From a virus, in the IMG/VR virus record IMGVR_UViG_3300025759_000076, positions 10,609-74,608 of that record: a DNA stretch of 64,000 nucleotides; one strand, written 5' to 3'. This document shows positions 29,346 through 41,153 of the stretch, one piece after another. A program made the translations under genes and the position numbers. How positions within the stretch are numbered: the first letter of the stretch is position 1; each line of letters opens with the position of its first letter. The notes beneath the pieces were generated by a model that worked only from the letters and a program-made list of their open reading frames with translations, searched no databases and had not been told where the DNA came from.

Positions 29346-30815
29346 TCAGGGCATACCAAATGGATTGGATGTTGAGAAATCTAAAATTGTTTTTGCTTCT
29401 GACTCAATGTTATCATTATCTGCAAATGGTGTGACTAAATCATCAGTATTTACAGAACCAATTACATACTTTGCTCCAGATGTACTACCGGTTATATATT
29501 CTTGTGGAACAAAATTACCACTTACAATACTGATCTCCATAATATTTGTAACACCATTCCATTCCTTGACCCTTGCAGTTGTACCAGATAGAGAACCGGT
29601 TACAATCTCATTAAATACGAACATTCCACCAACACTAATATCAGGATTATCGACAAACGGCGGATCAATAATTACGACTGGGTTGGTGTCATATCCAGAA
29701 CCACCATCAATAACATAAATTGCTGTAACAATACCTGCACTAATTGTAGCAAGACCAACTGCATATCTAGATGGTGATGGGTAGAATGAATCGAATGTTG
29801 TAACAGAAGAATCCCAATAATAATTAGTATCACTGAATAGTGGATAGGTACCTGCGGTCAAACCAATAGAAACATTAGGTGGTTTGATATATCCAGAACC
29901 ACCATCGGTAACTGTGATTTTACGAACAGAACCGTCTGTAGAAATACCAGTAGTTGCAGCTGCACCAACACCAGTATCTCCAGTTATTGATACCCAAGGT
30001 GCAACATTATATCCACAACCAGCATCTGTCATATGAATAGCAGAAATTCTACCACCTATACCATTGCAATTTGGATAGTTGTAAGATAGTGATGCAATAC
30101 CTGTAGCAGTAATTCCTCCTGGAGGTGCTGAAGAGAAACCAACTTGAGGTTGTGTCACATAATCCTTACCCATATTGGTAATGGTTACCTGACTCACTGC
30201 ACCTGCTGGACATACCTGTGCGGTTGCTGTTGCAGATCTACCAGCACCAATTAGTGTTAGTGTCTGAATGTAACCAATCTGTGCAATCTCATCATCAATA
30301 TCTTCAATACCAGTATCAATAACTTCGTCTTCATAACGGAAGAGTTCACATCTTAACTCATAGACATATGTCTTCTTGAGTTGATAGAAGGGTTGTTCAT
30401 GTTCTACAAACTTAATTTCAAATAACCTATCCCCAAGAGGGAAGTATATTAAGTCACCCTCTTTTGGTCGTGTCGAAAGTTCAATATCTGGAACATCTTT
30501 AATCAGTGGTGTAATATAATTCTCATATCTTTCTTTTGAAATGACAAGTTGTAAGTCATCTCTATTTTCAATACCAAATTTCGAGAGAATACTTCCCTGA
30601 CCAGTATATCCTTCATAGTTATCTACATACGCTTCAATAGGATATGCATTAGTGAAGTCAGATTGAATAACTTCTTTGATAACAGTATTCGTTGTAACAT
30701 ACCTTCTGGGTAAGTAATAGACTTCTATTCCATACATCCTCAACTGTTCGTTGACAAGACTCTGGACTAGATTCTGCTCAGTTTTACTACCGTTCAGGAA
30801 AAATGGGTTGAGCAT
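29346..30815 (-). CDS. gp14: Neck protein with inserted Gly-rich repeat domains
   Basis: MLNPFF, RPKEGDLIYFP, FEIKFVEHEQPFYQL, C-terminal DFSTSNPFG. Confidence 0.93.
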   Translation of the reverse strand: MLNPFFLNGSKTEQNLVQSLVNEQLRMYGIEVYYLPRRYVTTNTVIKEVIQSDFTNAYPIEAYVDNYEGYTGQGSILSKFGIENRDDLQLVISKERYENYITPLIKDVPDIELSTRPKEGDLIYFPLGDRLFEIKFVEHEQPFYQLKKTYVYELRCELFRYEDEVIDTGIEDIDDEIAQIGYIQTLTLIGAGRSATATAQVCPAGAVSQVTITNMGKDYVTQPQVGFSSAPPGGITATGIASLSYNYPNCNGIGGRISAIHMTDAGCGYNVAPWVSITGDTGVGAAATTGISTDGSVRKITVTDGGSGYIKPPNVSIGLTAGTYPLFSDTNYYWDSSVTTFDSFYPSPSRYAVGLATISAGIVTAIYVIDGGSGYDTNPVVIIDPPFVDNPDISVGGMFVFNEIVTGSLSGTTARVKEWNGVTNIMEISIVSGNFVPQEYITGSTSGAKYVIGSVNTDDLVTPFADNDNIESEAKTILDFSTSNPFGMP

Positions 30816-30821
30816 AATGTA

Positions 30822-31694
30822 TTAGCCAATAAGATCTAAAGGTGGAAGTTCATATGTACTCATCATCTTCTCTTGGATCTTATCAAGATCTGCTTGACCG
30901 TCTTCATATATTTGTCTTCCATTAAATTCAATACCACCTGGAAGTTTCACACCCTGGAACTTAATCAAATTCTGACCCCACTGTTTTTTAACAAGGGCAG
31001 TTACATATGGTTTCAAGAACGAATCGTTCCAAATTCTCGAATACTCATTAGGGTCATTTGCTGCCCAACAATCAAGAACAAGAAACTCACCAACCTGTAA
31101 CTCACTCCAATCAATATCCAAATACAACCTATCAGTTCTCTGATTAAATCTAATCTGTTTGTGAGTGTTTAGAATAAAGTTAACTGTCTCCAAATAACTC
31201 ATCGTCATCGAGTACGATGTCAAATCATACCCCGAAGCACCCCATCCATTGAGACCAATAAAATCATTCAACATCATTTGATACTTGACATTGAACATTC
31301 CTTGTCCCATTCCACCACCAAACTGAAATGCTTTATTCACTCCAATGATTGAGGGTGGAAGTTGTATATAATTACTGTTTTGATAGTATGTAAATGTTGT
31401 TGCAGTTCCTACAATATTTGCAGTAGCTGATGTTGACGCAATACCAGTAGTTCCACTCTCGTTTTGAGGAGCACCAGGTGGTCTTGCTCTTCCCCTGTTA
31501 ACATCGTCTTGAGTTATCTGATACTTCAAATATACCTGGGTAACACCATCAAAGTGTCTCTCATTGAAATATTGAATTGCATCATCAATAAGATCTTGAA
31601 CCTGTTCGTCAGCAACATTGACCTCCAAAACAGGAGCACCAAGTTGTCTCAAAACATAATCGGTAAATTCTTGTCTGGTGGTAGGCTGAGCCAT
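30822..31694 (-). CDS. gp13: Neck protein
   Basis: LRQLGAPVLEVNV, KKQWGQNLIKFQGVKLPGG. Confidence 0.95.
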   Translation of the reverse strand: MAQPTTRQEFTDYVLRQLGAPVLEVNVADEQVQDLIDDAIQYFNERHFDGVTQVYLKYQITQDDVNRGRARPPGAPQNESGTTGIASTSATANIVGTATTFTYYQNSNYIQLPPSIIGVNKAFQFGGGMGQGMFNVKYQMMLNDFIGLNGWGASGYDLTSYSMTMSYLETVNFILNTHKQIRFNQRTDRLYLDIDWSELQVGEFLVLDCWAANDPNEYSRIWNDSFLKPYVTALVKKQWGQNLIKFQGVKLPGGIEFNGRQIYEDGQADLDKIQEKMMSTYELPPLDLIG

Positions 31695-31717
31695 TTATAT
31701 AAGAACTTCTATATTGA

Positions 31718-31960
31718 CTATTTATAGTCTGGTCTTAACATCGATGTAATATCTGAAAGCAAATTCTTAATATCACTCATATCACCTTTTAGAGACAACA
31801 CTTCACTCTGAAGAGAATCAATTCTTTGTCTCTCCTTAGTCATGTTATCCCTATTTTTTACATAAGCTTGGAACTCAAGGTTATTTTTATTAAGAATGGC
31901 TCCGGTTGAGGAGTCTCTAAAATAACCTTCCATTCCTTCTACTGGTATCAACTGTTTCAT
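31718..31960 (-). CDS. Small conserved coiled-coil hypothetical protein
   Basis: Start reassigned to MKQLIPVEG; RDSSTGAILN motif. Confidence 0.75.
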   Translation of the reverse strand: MKQLIPVEGMEGYFRDSSTGAILNKNNLEFQAYVKNRDNMTKERQRIDSLQSEVLSLKGDMSDIKNLLSDITSMLRPDYK

Positions 31961-31961
31961 A

Positions 31962-34900
31962 TCAAGCGAACGAAATTGCACGAAGGTTTCTTATCAGTGG
32001 AGCATTGGACTGATCAGTCGATGTACCCACTATCTTGATACGGAAAGAACCAAATGGTACTAAGTCATTTATTGTGAATTTATACTCCTTGTAGAGGTTC
32101 ACAGACGGCTCTGGTTGATAGGAATCAATCTTAGGTACTTTTACATCAGATGTACCATTATTGTTTGAGATATCAATAATAGCACCATTACTTGCAACAT
32201 TCGAATATCCTGGGAATGGGATAAAGACTGTCTCTTCCGGTTTAGTGTCTTGATTCACCGCATAGAACAATCTAATATCATTGTTATTAGAAATGTATGC
32301 ATCCAATATAACTTGAAGAGAAGTTGCAGGATTCTCAAGAACAATATTCTTGGAAACATATACGAACGAGTTTGGGTCAGTCTCCGTACCATTGACTCTA
32401 AAGTCAGATGCATAATTAGTAACTGGTTTATTTACTCTATTTGAAGTAAAGACTACAGAAGCGTTATCCAGGTCAATTGCAGGACTCAATCTGTCATCAG
32501 TACTAAACATACTGAACAACATGGAGAATGATTTCTGACCAGGATATGTGTCACTATTCAAATATAGAGACTCATTCAGTGGTGATGCAATCATTCTCTG
32601 AGAGTTGAAGTAATTTTTACTGAAGATATTGATTTGTTCGTAACCCTCATCGACATATGACTGTTGATTTCCAGAAATACTTGATGCAGAGACTGTTCTT
32701 ACTTGAGTGATAATATTAGTACCAGTTGGTGTGATTGTAGTCACTTTTGGTGTAATCAACGAGAAAGGTAGGTTATAGGAACCTGTGACATCTGGACCAC
32801 CACCAACAGTTCTTTCATTGAAGTATAAAGGTGGGAAACCATCTGCATTACCAGGTGCTCTATTCACACCACCAACATTCATCTGAACTTTGATGTAATA
32901 GTAATCCAAACCAATAGGTGCCTCTACCAAATCACTTGCATTGACATTTGAAAGTAGATGTTGTCTATTAATTCTTCTCAGCGAAACACCATTCAATTGA
33001 TACTTAGTAACAAGTTCTCCCATATCATGAGTTGCAATCGTCGTATTATCTACTCCTCTTACAATACCCGTCAATGTTCTACCATTAATACCATTGTAAC
33101 TGATAATTTCATCTCCGATCTTAATGTAACCGGGGTTAGTAGCACCAACTCCAATATTTTCAAATGTAGTGAATTCACTTTCTCCACCATCAAGAACAAT
33201 AAATGAAGTTGAATTGAACGAATATTCTTGAGCAAGACCGGTTGGTATAGTATCTGAAGCTACTTCGGCGAGATCAAGTCTATTTACATTCGAGTATAGA
33301 CCATGATTTCTTTGGAACACCTTAATATAATCACCATTGGTTACGACGTTTATTGGAGAAACTGGAATTACATCTCCACCAACACTAGAATTAAGTTCTG
33401 TCGTAATACCACTATTGTTATCATAGTATAGTGGGTAACTTGCATTAGCGATAAAGTTGCCTTGAACATTATCCAATATCAAAGTGTTATTTCCAAGAAT
33501 TGCATTAACAGAAAGTTGCATTCCAGAACCAAGATTAACACCACCCAAGTTGACTGGGGTTAATACGTCCCCAACAACATAACCAACACCACCATTGTTT
33601 ATAGTTGCCGCAGTAGCAGAACCATCAGTAATAGTAATATTTGCAGTAGCATTCAATCCCTTACCGGTAATCGAAGTTAGTGCAACTCCAGTATAAGATT
33701 GACTACCACTTGCCGGTACATATCCACTACCAGTGTTTGTAAGTGAAAGACTTGATGTTGCAGATCCTGCAAATGCGACCAACGTACCAGTTGCGCCAAT
33801 ATTGAGTTGTTTAACAGTATTACCTACAGTTAGGTCAGTATCTTGAACTGTAGTTCCAAGACCAACCCTAATTTCTCTAGAATTCATAGAGAGACCAGTT
33901 GGATCAATCTGTGAAAGTGATGTGGGTAGATTTGGATTAAAGAACTGAACGTTACCAGATGGACTAAACGAAGCTCTAAACATCTCAAACTTAAGGTCTT
34001 CATACTGACTTGGAGTCCATACTGAAGCATTTTGAGATTTAAACAAAGAACCAAGAAGAGGTTGTTCTGTTACAAGAATCTGACCAGCCTCTTGGTCTAC
34101 AGTTCTTACGTCAGCCTCACCTAATCTACTAATCCATACTCTCCACTCAACCGAGTGTGACAGTAGAACCATAGCGTATTCAGTTCCACCGTTTAGGTAT
34201 ACTGGAGATGGTAATGTAATAGTATATGGAACAGAACCATCATCACTGACTGTTACGTCTGCAGGTTCAATATCAACTTCAGAGAAAGCAAGAACAGTCT
34301 CTGTTGGTGTTCCAAGTTTACATTCTCTCAACTGGAAAGTTGCTGGAGTGTTTGCATCTTTTGACTGGAAGAATACATTGACTTTGGTGATAAAAATTCC
34401 AGTCTCATCATCAACACGGAATGTTTGTGCGAGAGGGTCTCGTGCATTATTTTGCGGCCGAGGTGGTGGAGTTGGTCTTCGTATAACATTGGTAATAAAA
34501 TTTTGCCCGATATTAGATGTGAAATTATTACCAAGACTTCTCGATTGACTGGAGTCTACAGTTTCAACAGTAGTATTTCTCAAAGAGAGTGTTGATTCTT
34601 GAGTAGTATCTACATTACCCTGTGAATAGAATGTTCCCTCTCCTGCAGTGGTTGTTGCCCCTTCAATTTGACTGTTAATCTTACTACTGGTAAGTCTAAA
34701 TCTTGACCTACCAGTTTCAAACGTTGGGTTGGCATTATTTGCACCATCAGGTACTCTGAATGATGCCTGTAGAGTACCAACAGTATCACTGATAAGTCTT
34801 ACGTTAGTGATTTTTGCTTGAGCACCACTAGTCCTACCCGTCAGAATCATTCCCTTTGTGATGTAACCACTAAACTGTGGAAAATCTTCAGAAGAAAGAC

Positions 34901-37900
34901 TGAATGTGTCTACGTTTACAGTACTAGACGATTCTGAATAAACAGAATTGACAGAAACGTTTCTATCATATGGACTTTGATCATATAGATCTGTTGGATT
35001 ATTATATGGACCGTACTTATGGTCAGACTTTGCAACTCTAAAGTCGATACGTGGAACAGAACTAGAATTATTTCTTCTAGAACCACCGTCATTCAATCTA
35101 CCATTAACAGTTTCACCGATAACGAATGCACCATGAGTCATTTCAATTTCAATCAACTTAGGTACAACAAACTTGTTGACATCTACTTGATCAAAGAATG
35201 AATAAAGTCTAGTGTAAGGTCTGAATTTTGTTGCAGTAACTTCAATATTTCGAGATCTCATGAAGTGAATGATATCTCTTCTTACAACTCTATCTCCAAG
35301 AGATTCTGTCTCAATTACTTCATTAACTGTTAATTGTGTTCCAGATCTTTGTTGATCCTGTGTAATTCCACCCCTTGCAGAAATATTATTGACAATTGCA
35401 TCACTTGCATCAATGATCTGGTCAACCCCAACATCTCTTCCACGAAGAAGATTGTCTACAAGACCATTTGATATTACATCAGATGCACCTTGAAGGAATT
35501 GTTGAACATTTGACAATGACATGTCTATATTGACACCAACAGTTTCCCATGAATTCCAAAGAACAGGACTTACACCAGTTCTTGAACCATCAGCATTGGT
35601 TGTGACTTCTGCGCTAAGAGATTCTGCAATACCTTGGAAAGAACCTTCCATCATTACATTATTAATCTCAAGTCTATTGACATCAATCCAAACATCAACA
35701 TCTGGAGTCAACTCAATGGTGCCTTGCCAGAACTGAATTAGGAAAGGAGTGACACTTTCAATTCTTGTTGCATATGGTTGTGTCAACCAAGATTGATCAG
35801 TATAGTCAAGAGTAATAATTCTTCCTGTTTGTTTGATACCATTACCAAAAATCTCTGCAAATTGGGAATCTTGGTTTGCGTCAGAAGTTGCCCCAATTCC
35901 AGGAATTGCAGTTGTTCCTAGCTGAAGATTAATTGCAGTAGTGTAATGGGAGGGTCTTAGAATACCTTTCTTAGTATCAATACTATTCTTGATACCAATC
36001 GTAGAATCTTGTGGTTCAAGAGAAGAGAAGTTATCTACAAAAATACCAGACTTAAACTTATTATTACCATTTACATCTTCTACAAACAAATTGAGAGTAT
36101 TTGTCTCAATCTGACTCAAGGAAGTGTAGTACTCAAGATTTTTAATTCTCTGTTCAAGTTTAGCGATATCAGTCATCTGATATCTCTTATGCTCTACAAA
36201 ATTAATTTTTGCATCAGATGTATTGTATAAGTATGCGGGTAGGAAAACATTCGCAATATTCATTGCTCCACTGATACTATCAGGAAGTCTTGGTTGGTCC
36301 TGAGGAGTACCTTGAATTACACTTATAGAACCAGATTTATCAATATAAACCCTATCTGCTCTCGGAAGATAATATTCATAACCAAGAGTCATTACTTCAT
36401 CAGAAGCGATAATATGGGTAGAACTGTGTTGATTCCCATCAACATCATCTGCAAAGTTTCTACCATCAAATTCTAGTGGTGATCTTGCACCAGCAACAAC
36501 AGTATAATCAGTTACTCTAGGTCTTGCATCAATAATATCAGAATTTCTATGTCCATTTACTGTGGACAATTTTGCATAATCAAAATTATTATACGAGTTT
36601 ACTGTGGTGATATCACCTTGGTCCGCAGGATCATAATGGGCATTTTGATAGTAAACTCTCAGTCTTCTAGAAGGAATTCCTGCAGAACCCTTTCTGATAA
36701 TTCTTGAATAATCATAATATCCACCTTTCTGTCCATTAGAGAACTTGAAATCTTTGGTAATATTTTTGGAACCCAATTTTACAGTATTTGCAATACCATT
36801 GGTTGAAGATAGATTACCCGATACAACTTCTCCATTTTGGAAAGTTGAACTATTTAAGTAGATAAAATATACTTTAGTATCTGTAAATTTCTCAATATAT
36901 ATTGCCTTAGCACCACTAGTTTGACCAGTCAGAGTCTCGCCGATAAACAAATCATTAGTTGTACCACTAACACCATTCATTTGAGATAGTGTCATATATG
37001 GGGCAGTAGGATCTCCTACATCATCAGACTGAAATACACCATAAATCTTAGTCACATCTGGGATATTCAGACAAATAACTTCGTCTTGTACTCTTGTTCC
37101 GAATGGATAATCTCCTGCAACCAATCCATCATCTAGAGTTGTAGAACCAATACCAGATGCAGATGAACTTGACTTGTCAATAATAAGACTGTTAGAGACA
37201 GAATTTAGTTTAGTTTTAGATGTAACATTACTTTTTTTAATTGTAGTAATGAGTTGAGTGTTAACATCGTTTGCACCCAGACCAGTAATTTGAACTGATG
37301 CAAATCCATTAGTAAATACAAATCTATCTTGGGTGAGAACTTCCGTCTGACCATTTGACCTGATTAAAGTATATCTTTCTTCGTCAAAGGGTAAGAATAC
37401 TTCGTTATCTCCTGCATTGATAACCGCAGTAGAGTTAGATGTGATATTTGTATTATACTGTCTTCTGATGATAATATCAGAATTAATTAAATCTACAGAT
37501 GCGACATTACTCTTGGGGAATGCACTATACAGTGATTCGTTATCGGTAATATTACCAGAACCGGCGTTTCTTTGGGCTCTAGTACTAATTATTTGTACAT
37601 TAGAAATAGCTTCACTACTTCCTGTAGGAAGATTACCATCACAAATACCGGGAACTGTTGTTACACCCTCGACTGTAATATTGGTTCTACCAACTCCAGT
37701 CACTCTTGTAAATGTTACGGTATCCAGATTAGTTCTAGAGAATCTTACGAGGTTACCAACAGTGACAATACCAACAAAAGAGAAACCCGGATCTACTGGA
37801 ATTGAAATTCTTGAAGAATTACCAACTTCTGGTGAACATGTTGCATTACCGATATCATAAACTGGGGTCTGAATAATATCCGCAGTAAATGTATTACCAG

Positions 37901-39563
37901 TTCCTACAATACCAAATACTGATTTAGTATCTGACAGTGAGAAGTTAGTTGACTCAGTAACAAATCTTGCATTCTCAAGAACACCATTGAATAGAAGTCT
38001 TTCACCTTTAAAGAAATCACCCTCAACACTGTATGCAGTAATTGCTGTTCCTGCATTTACAGAATACTTAAGGAACCCAGTTGCACCACTTGACTCACCT
38101 TTCACATAGGAAGATGTGTTAAGTGTTACTGGCTCATTGAGTGTGATATCAGTGTATGTCTGAACATCAAAAAGTGATAGATCCCAAACATTTAAGTCTG
38201 GGAAATTTGTGTCGTAAGAACCAGACTCAAGTGCAAAGTCATAGATTCTTGCAATACCAATTTCTTTACCTGGTGCAGTTTCTTGATTTGAACCAACTCT
38301 TCTACTTCTAAGACTCAGAGTATTTGTGGTATTAATACCAATAGTCGGAGATCCAAAGACTCTATTAAGTGCTATAGTTGGACCGAAACCAAAATTAAGA
38401 CCTTGATTCTTTAATTGCTTAGTTGCTCTTGGTTTTGGAAAATCAATTAGAGAAGGTACGATAGTTTCTACTTCATAACCTTTGACATATGCCTTACCAG
38501 GAGAAATTTTATAGACTCCGATATTGTCATCAGGTGTATTTCCAGACTCGGTAGTTTGGCCGGGATTATATATTCCTCGGTTTCCTTCTTCATTGTTCAG
38601 ACTGTTTTTTACAGTAGTAACAAATTCTTTTACATAATAATGACCAGATTCATCAAAAGTTCTTTTTGCAAACTCATCACCTAGAAAATTATATTCAGTA
38701 TCTCTATTGATTAGTCTTAGAGTACCATTACTGACTTCTGAAAGTTGAACAAAGTTACTTTCATCAAAATTGTCGAGAGGCTTTTTAGCCAATACTGCGG
38801 TTATCTTAAGTCTATCTGCACCAGGTGCAGTATAGTTATTAAATCCTTGTGCATTATCATTCAGTAATGGGTCAACATCGGAAGAAATAATCTCCTCAAC
38901 AACATCAAGACCAACTCTATAAGATGGAGTATTACTATACTGATCAAGAATTAGAGTCTGAGTTGCAACATCAACAAAATAACCTCTCAGGAAATAAATT
39001 CCTTGTGAAAGGTTAAAGGACGAACCGATAACAGGAGCATTCTGGGGGATTGTAGAACAGAATCCTTCACCAGATGCAATGAAAGTCGATGCGTAATTAA
39101 TATTTGTACTTGTGGTTAAAACTTCTCCACTGATAAAAGTACTTACATCTTCCTCAGAAGATGAGTTTTCGTAGTTAACATATAAGGTATAAGTTCCTCT
39201 ATCTGATTCATCCTCAGTGATATACGTTACAACACGTGCAGTTACATTTGACGATTGTCCAGTAATAATCGTCCCAACTATCTGATCAAGATATACACTT
39301 ACAGGTATACCAAGAAACTCGGGTTCAATCTGAATTCCATAAAAGTCTTTGACATAAGTCAAATCACCAGGAATAACCTTAGCACCTTCTTTGAAGAAAT
39401 GGTTACCCATGTCTTCGACTTGATTCTGAAGAATTGACTGCAGACCAGTTAATTCTCTAGCCTGAACTGGATAGCCAGGTTTGAAAAGAATCTTATAATA
39501 ATTTTGTTTAGGATCAAAATCGTCAAAATATGGAGCGACGTTTAGATTAGTTTCCTGTGGCAT
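31962..39563 (-). CDS. Large virion structural protein (VrlC/DUF4815-like)
   Basis: NVAPYFDDFD, PVQARELT, APGADR, RIKNLEYYTSL, DPLAQTF; follows gp8. Confidence 0.85.
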   Translation of the reverse strand: MPQETNLNVAPYFDDFDPKQNYYKILFKPGYPVQARELTGLQSILQNQVEDMGNHFFKEGAKVIPGDLTYVKDFYGIQIEPEFLGIPVSVYLDQIVGTIITGQSSNVTARVVTYITEDESDRGTYTLYVNYENSSSEEDVSTFISGEVLTTSTNINYASTFIASGEGFCSTIPQNAPVIGSSFNLSQGIYFLRGYFVDVATQTLILDQYSNTPSYRVGLDVVEEIISSDVDPLLNDNAQGFNNYTAPGADRLKITAVLAKKPLDNFDESNFVQLSEVSNGTLRLINRDTEYNFLGDEFAKRTFDESGHYYVKEFVTTVKNSLNNEEGNRGIYNPGQTTESGNTPDDNIGVYKISPGKAYVKGYEVETIVPSLIDFPKPRATKQLKNQGLNFGFGPTIALNRVFGSPTIGINTTNTLSLRSRRVGSNQETAPGKEIGIARIYDFALESGSYDTNFPDLNVWDLSLFDVQTYTDITLNEPVTLNTSSYVKGESSGATGFLKYSVNAGTAITAYSVEGDFFKGERLLFNGVLENARFVTESTNFSLSDTKSVFGIVGTGNTFTADIIQTPVYDIGNATCSPEVGNSSRISIPVDPGFSFVGIVTVGNLVRFSRTNLDTVTFTRVTGVGRTNITVEGVTTVPGICDGNLPTGSSEAISNVQIISTRAQRNAGSGNITDNESLYSAFPKSNVASVDLINSDIIIRRQYNTNITSNSTAVINAGDNEVFLPFDEERYTLIRSNGQTEVLTQDRFVFTNGFASVQITGLGANDVNTQLITTIKKSNVTSKTKLNSVSNSLIIDKSSSSASGIGSTTLDDGLVAGDYPFGTRVQDEVICLNIPDVTKIYGVFQSDDVGDPTAPYMTLSQMNGVSGTTNDLFIGETLTGQTSGAKAIYIEKFTDTKVYFIYLNSSTFQNGEVVSGNLSSTNGIANTVKLGSKNITKDFKFSNGQKGGYYDYSRIIRKGSAGIPSRRLRVYYQNAHYDPADQGDITTVNSYNNFDYAKLSTVNGHRNSDIIDARPRVTDYTVVAGARSPLEFDGRNFADDVDGNQHSSTHIIASDEVMTLGYEYYLPRADRVYIDKSGSISVIQGTPQDQPRLPDSISGAMNIANVFLPAYLYNTSDAKINFVEHKRYQMTDIAKLEQRIKNLEYYTSLSQIETNTLNLFVEDVNGNNKFKSGIFVDNFSSLEPQDSTIGIKNSIDTKKGILRPSHYTTAINLQLGTTAIPGIGATSDANQDSQFAEIFGNGIKQTGRIITLDYTDQSWLTQPYATRIESVTPFLIQFWQGTIELTPDVDVWIDVNRLEINNVMMEGSFQGIAESLSAEVTTNADGSRTGVSPVLWNSWETVGVNIDMSLSNVQQFLQGASDVISNGLVDNLLRGRDVGVDQIIDASDAIVNNISARGGITQDQQRSGTQLTVNEVIETESLGDRVVRRDIIHFMRSRNIEVTATKFRPYTRLYSFFDQVDVNKFVVPKLIEIEMTHGAFVIGETVNGRLNDGGSRRNNSSSVPRIDFRVAKSDHKYGPYNNPTDLYDQSPYDRNVSVNSVYSESSSTVNVDTFSLSSEDFPQFSGYITKGMILTGRTSGAQAKITNVRLISDTVGTLQASFRVPDGANNANPTFETGRSRFRLTSSKINSQIEGATTTAGEGTFYSQGNVDTTQESTLSLRNTTVETVDSSQSRSLGNNFTSNIGQNFITNVIRRPTPPPRPQNNARDPLAQTFRVDDETGIFITKVNVFFQSKDANTPATFQLRECKLGTPTETVLAFSEVDIEPADVTVSDDGSVPYTITLPSPVYLNGGTEYAMVLLSHSVEWRVWISRLGEADVRTVDQEAGQILVTEQPLLGSLFKSQNASVWTPSQYEDLKFEMFRASFSPSGNVQFFNPNLPTSLSQIDPTGLSMNSREIRVGLGTTVQDTDLTVGNTVKQLNIGATGTLVAFAGSATSSLSLTNTGSGYVPASGSQSYTGVALTSITGKGLNATANITITDGSATAATINNGGVGYVVGDVLTPVNLGGVNLGSGMQLSVNAILGNNTLILDNVQGNFIANASYPLYYDNNSGITTELNSSVGGDVIPVSPINVVTNGDYIKVFQRNHGLYSNVNRLDLAEVASDTIPTGLAQEYSFNSTSFIVLDGGESEFTTFENIGVGATNPGYIKIGDEIISYNGINGRTLTGIVRGVDNTTIATHDMGELVTKYQLNGVSLRRINRQHLLSNVNASDLVEAPIGLDYYYIKVQMNVGGVNRAPGNADGFPPLYFNERTVGGGPDVTGSYNLPFSLITPKVTTITPTGTNIITQVRTVSASSISGNQQSYVDEGYEQINIFSKNYFNSQRMIASPLNESLYLNSDTYPGQKSFSMLFSMFSTDDRLSPAIDLDNASVVFTSNRVNKPVTNYASDFRVNGTETDPNSFVYVSKNIVLENPATSLQVILDAYISNNNDIRLFYAVNQDTKPEETVFIPFPGYSNVASNGAIIDISNNNGTSDVKVPKIDSYQPEPSVNLYKEYKFTINDLVPFGSFRIKIVGTSTDQSNAPLIRNLRAISFA

Positions 39564-39568
39564 ATCTC

Positions 39569-41128
39569 TTAGAATTGCAAGATAACTTTAACATCTTCTT
39601 TCTGAGAAGAGGATCGGGTAACAGAAGGTCTATTATCAACATAAACGATATCACCAGAATATTTTTGAGATTCTGGATTTGATACTCCTTTTGCGAATTC
39701 CTGACCCAAGTAGTATGTCCTACTATTTATTGCCGTTGAAACACCTGTAAAGTTCACATCAATATTTAAAGTATTACCCGAAGTAGGAACAATGCTAATG
39801 GTACCACCGTTAGTAGGAGATGCGGTAAATTCTAGTTGATTGAATCCATATACAGGAACAGTATTTTTTGTTCCATCACTATTAAAACCTGCAGTTCGTC
39901 TGTCTTGCCAATACTTCAGAACACCAGTCTGATTGTCATAAGAAATAACTTTTCCTACAGCAGTAGAACCAAGACCAACTGTTTGGGTTACAAACGAGTC
40001 TGCAGTAAATACTGCTTCACTGTAACCAGTGCCTACCAATTTAAGTGCATACAAAGCACTTGCTTTATCTTTGGTAAGAAATGACGAAGAATTGTAGTTT
40101 GTTGGATTTTTTACAATTCCTACTCTGGCAAATTGGTTACCAGTAATAAAGTCGGGGTTTTGAGTATCATTTTCAAATCTTGCATAAGATAGAACATTGT
40201 ATGCACCCAGTTCAGAGTAAATATCAGCACCATGACCTCCAGGAGGAGGAATGATTACATCAAAGATTGGGGCAATTGTTCCATCTGGTACACCACCACT
40301 CTTCAAATCTAGTGTACCAAAGGTATAACCATTACCACCTCTAGAAACAGTAACAGATTCTACCTTTGCGTCATTGTTAATAACAACAGTAGCTTCCGCA
40401 CCTCTACCATTACCTAGAATAGGTACTCCGGTATAGGTAACATTTGCGGTTCCAATACCAACACCACGATTTCTGATAGTTACAATCTTAATTTCACCAC
40501 TATTTGCAGCATTCTCTCTTACTGGAGCATAAGATGCATTAGTATCCCAATCAGTTGGTACAGCGATATAACTTGTAGAATCAAATTTGATGATTTGATT
40601 TGGTTTGATTGTGTAAAGATACTTCCAGATATATCCATCACCACTACTACCAGCTTCTCTAGGCTCTAGGTCAGTAAAGTTTGGTTCGTCTAGTGATGGA
40701 CCACCTCTGTAACTATTCTCTGGGTTTGCATTATTAAACAAACAAATATAAACTTTATACTCACTATTCATTACATAGAAGTTTGAGTCATAAATGTCAT
40801 ATGAGTTGGATGGAAGAGATGGGTTATCCCTTGTAATATCATTTCTCCACATATCATATGTGGTTCCAGACTGCCATACAATCTTTCTAACAACCTGACT
40901 TACATCAGTAGAGTTGATTCTCTTAAGAGCCAACATCGTATCCCAATAATCATTGGATTGATCTAAACTATCCTTGGGTGCTGGAGGATTCGAGTCCCAG
41001 TCACTTTGAAAATCAGCAGGATCTGGTAAACCAATCCAAGCGTAATAAGAATTAGAAGAATTCTGGACATCATCCACAAAATTCTTCGCATTCAAAATAC
41101 GTAATTGATCTGTAATTATCGCAGCCAT
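39569..41128 (-). CDS. gp8: Baseplate wedge subunit
   Basis: FYVMNSEYKVYICL, DGYIWKYLYTI, GGHGAD, QKEDVKVILQF. Confidence 0.92.
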   Translation of the reverse strand: MAAIITDQLRILNAKNFVDDVQNSSNSYYAWIGLPDPADFQSDWDSNPPAPKDSLDQSNDYWDTMLALKRINSTDVSQVVRKIVWQSGTTYDMWRNDITRDNPSLPSNSYDIYDSNFYVMNSEYKVYICLFNNANPENSYRGGPSLDEPNFTDLEPREAGSSGDGYIWKYLYTIKPNQIIKFDSTSYIAVPTDWDTNASYAPVRENAANSGEIKIVTIRNRGVGIGTANVTYTGVPILGNGRGAEATVVINNDAKVESVTVSRGGNGYTFGTLDLKSGGVPDGTIAPIFDVIIPPPGGHGADIYSELGAYNVLSYARFENDTQNPDFITGNQFARVGIVKNPTNYNSSSFLTKDKASALYALKLVGTGYSEAVFTADSFVTQTVGLGSTAVGKVISYDNQTGVLKYWQDRRTAGFNSDGTKNTVPVYGFNQLEFTASPTNGGTISIVPTSGNTLNIDVNFTGVSTAINSRTYYLGQEFAKGVSNPESQKYSGDIVYVDNRPSVTRSSSQKEDVKVILQF

Positions 41129-41153
41129 TTTTACCGGACTTTTTTCTTATTTA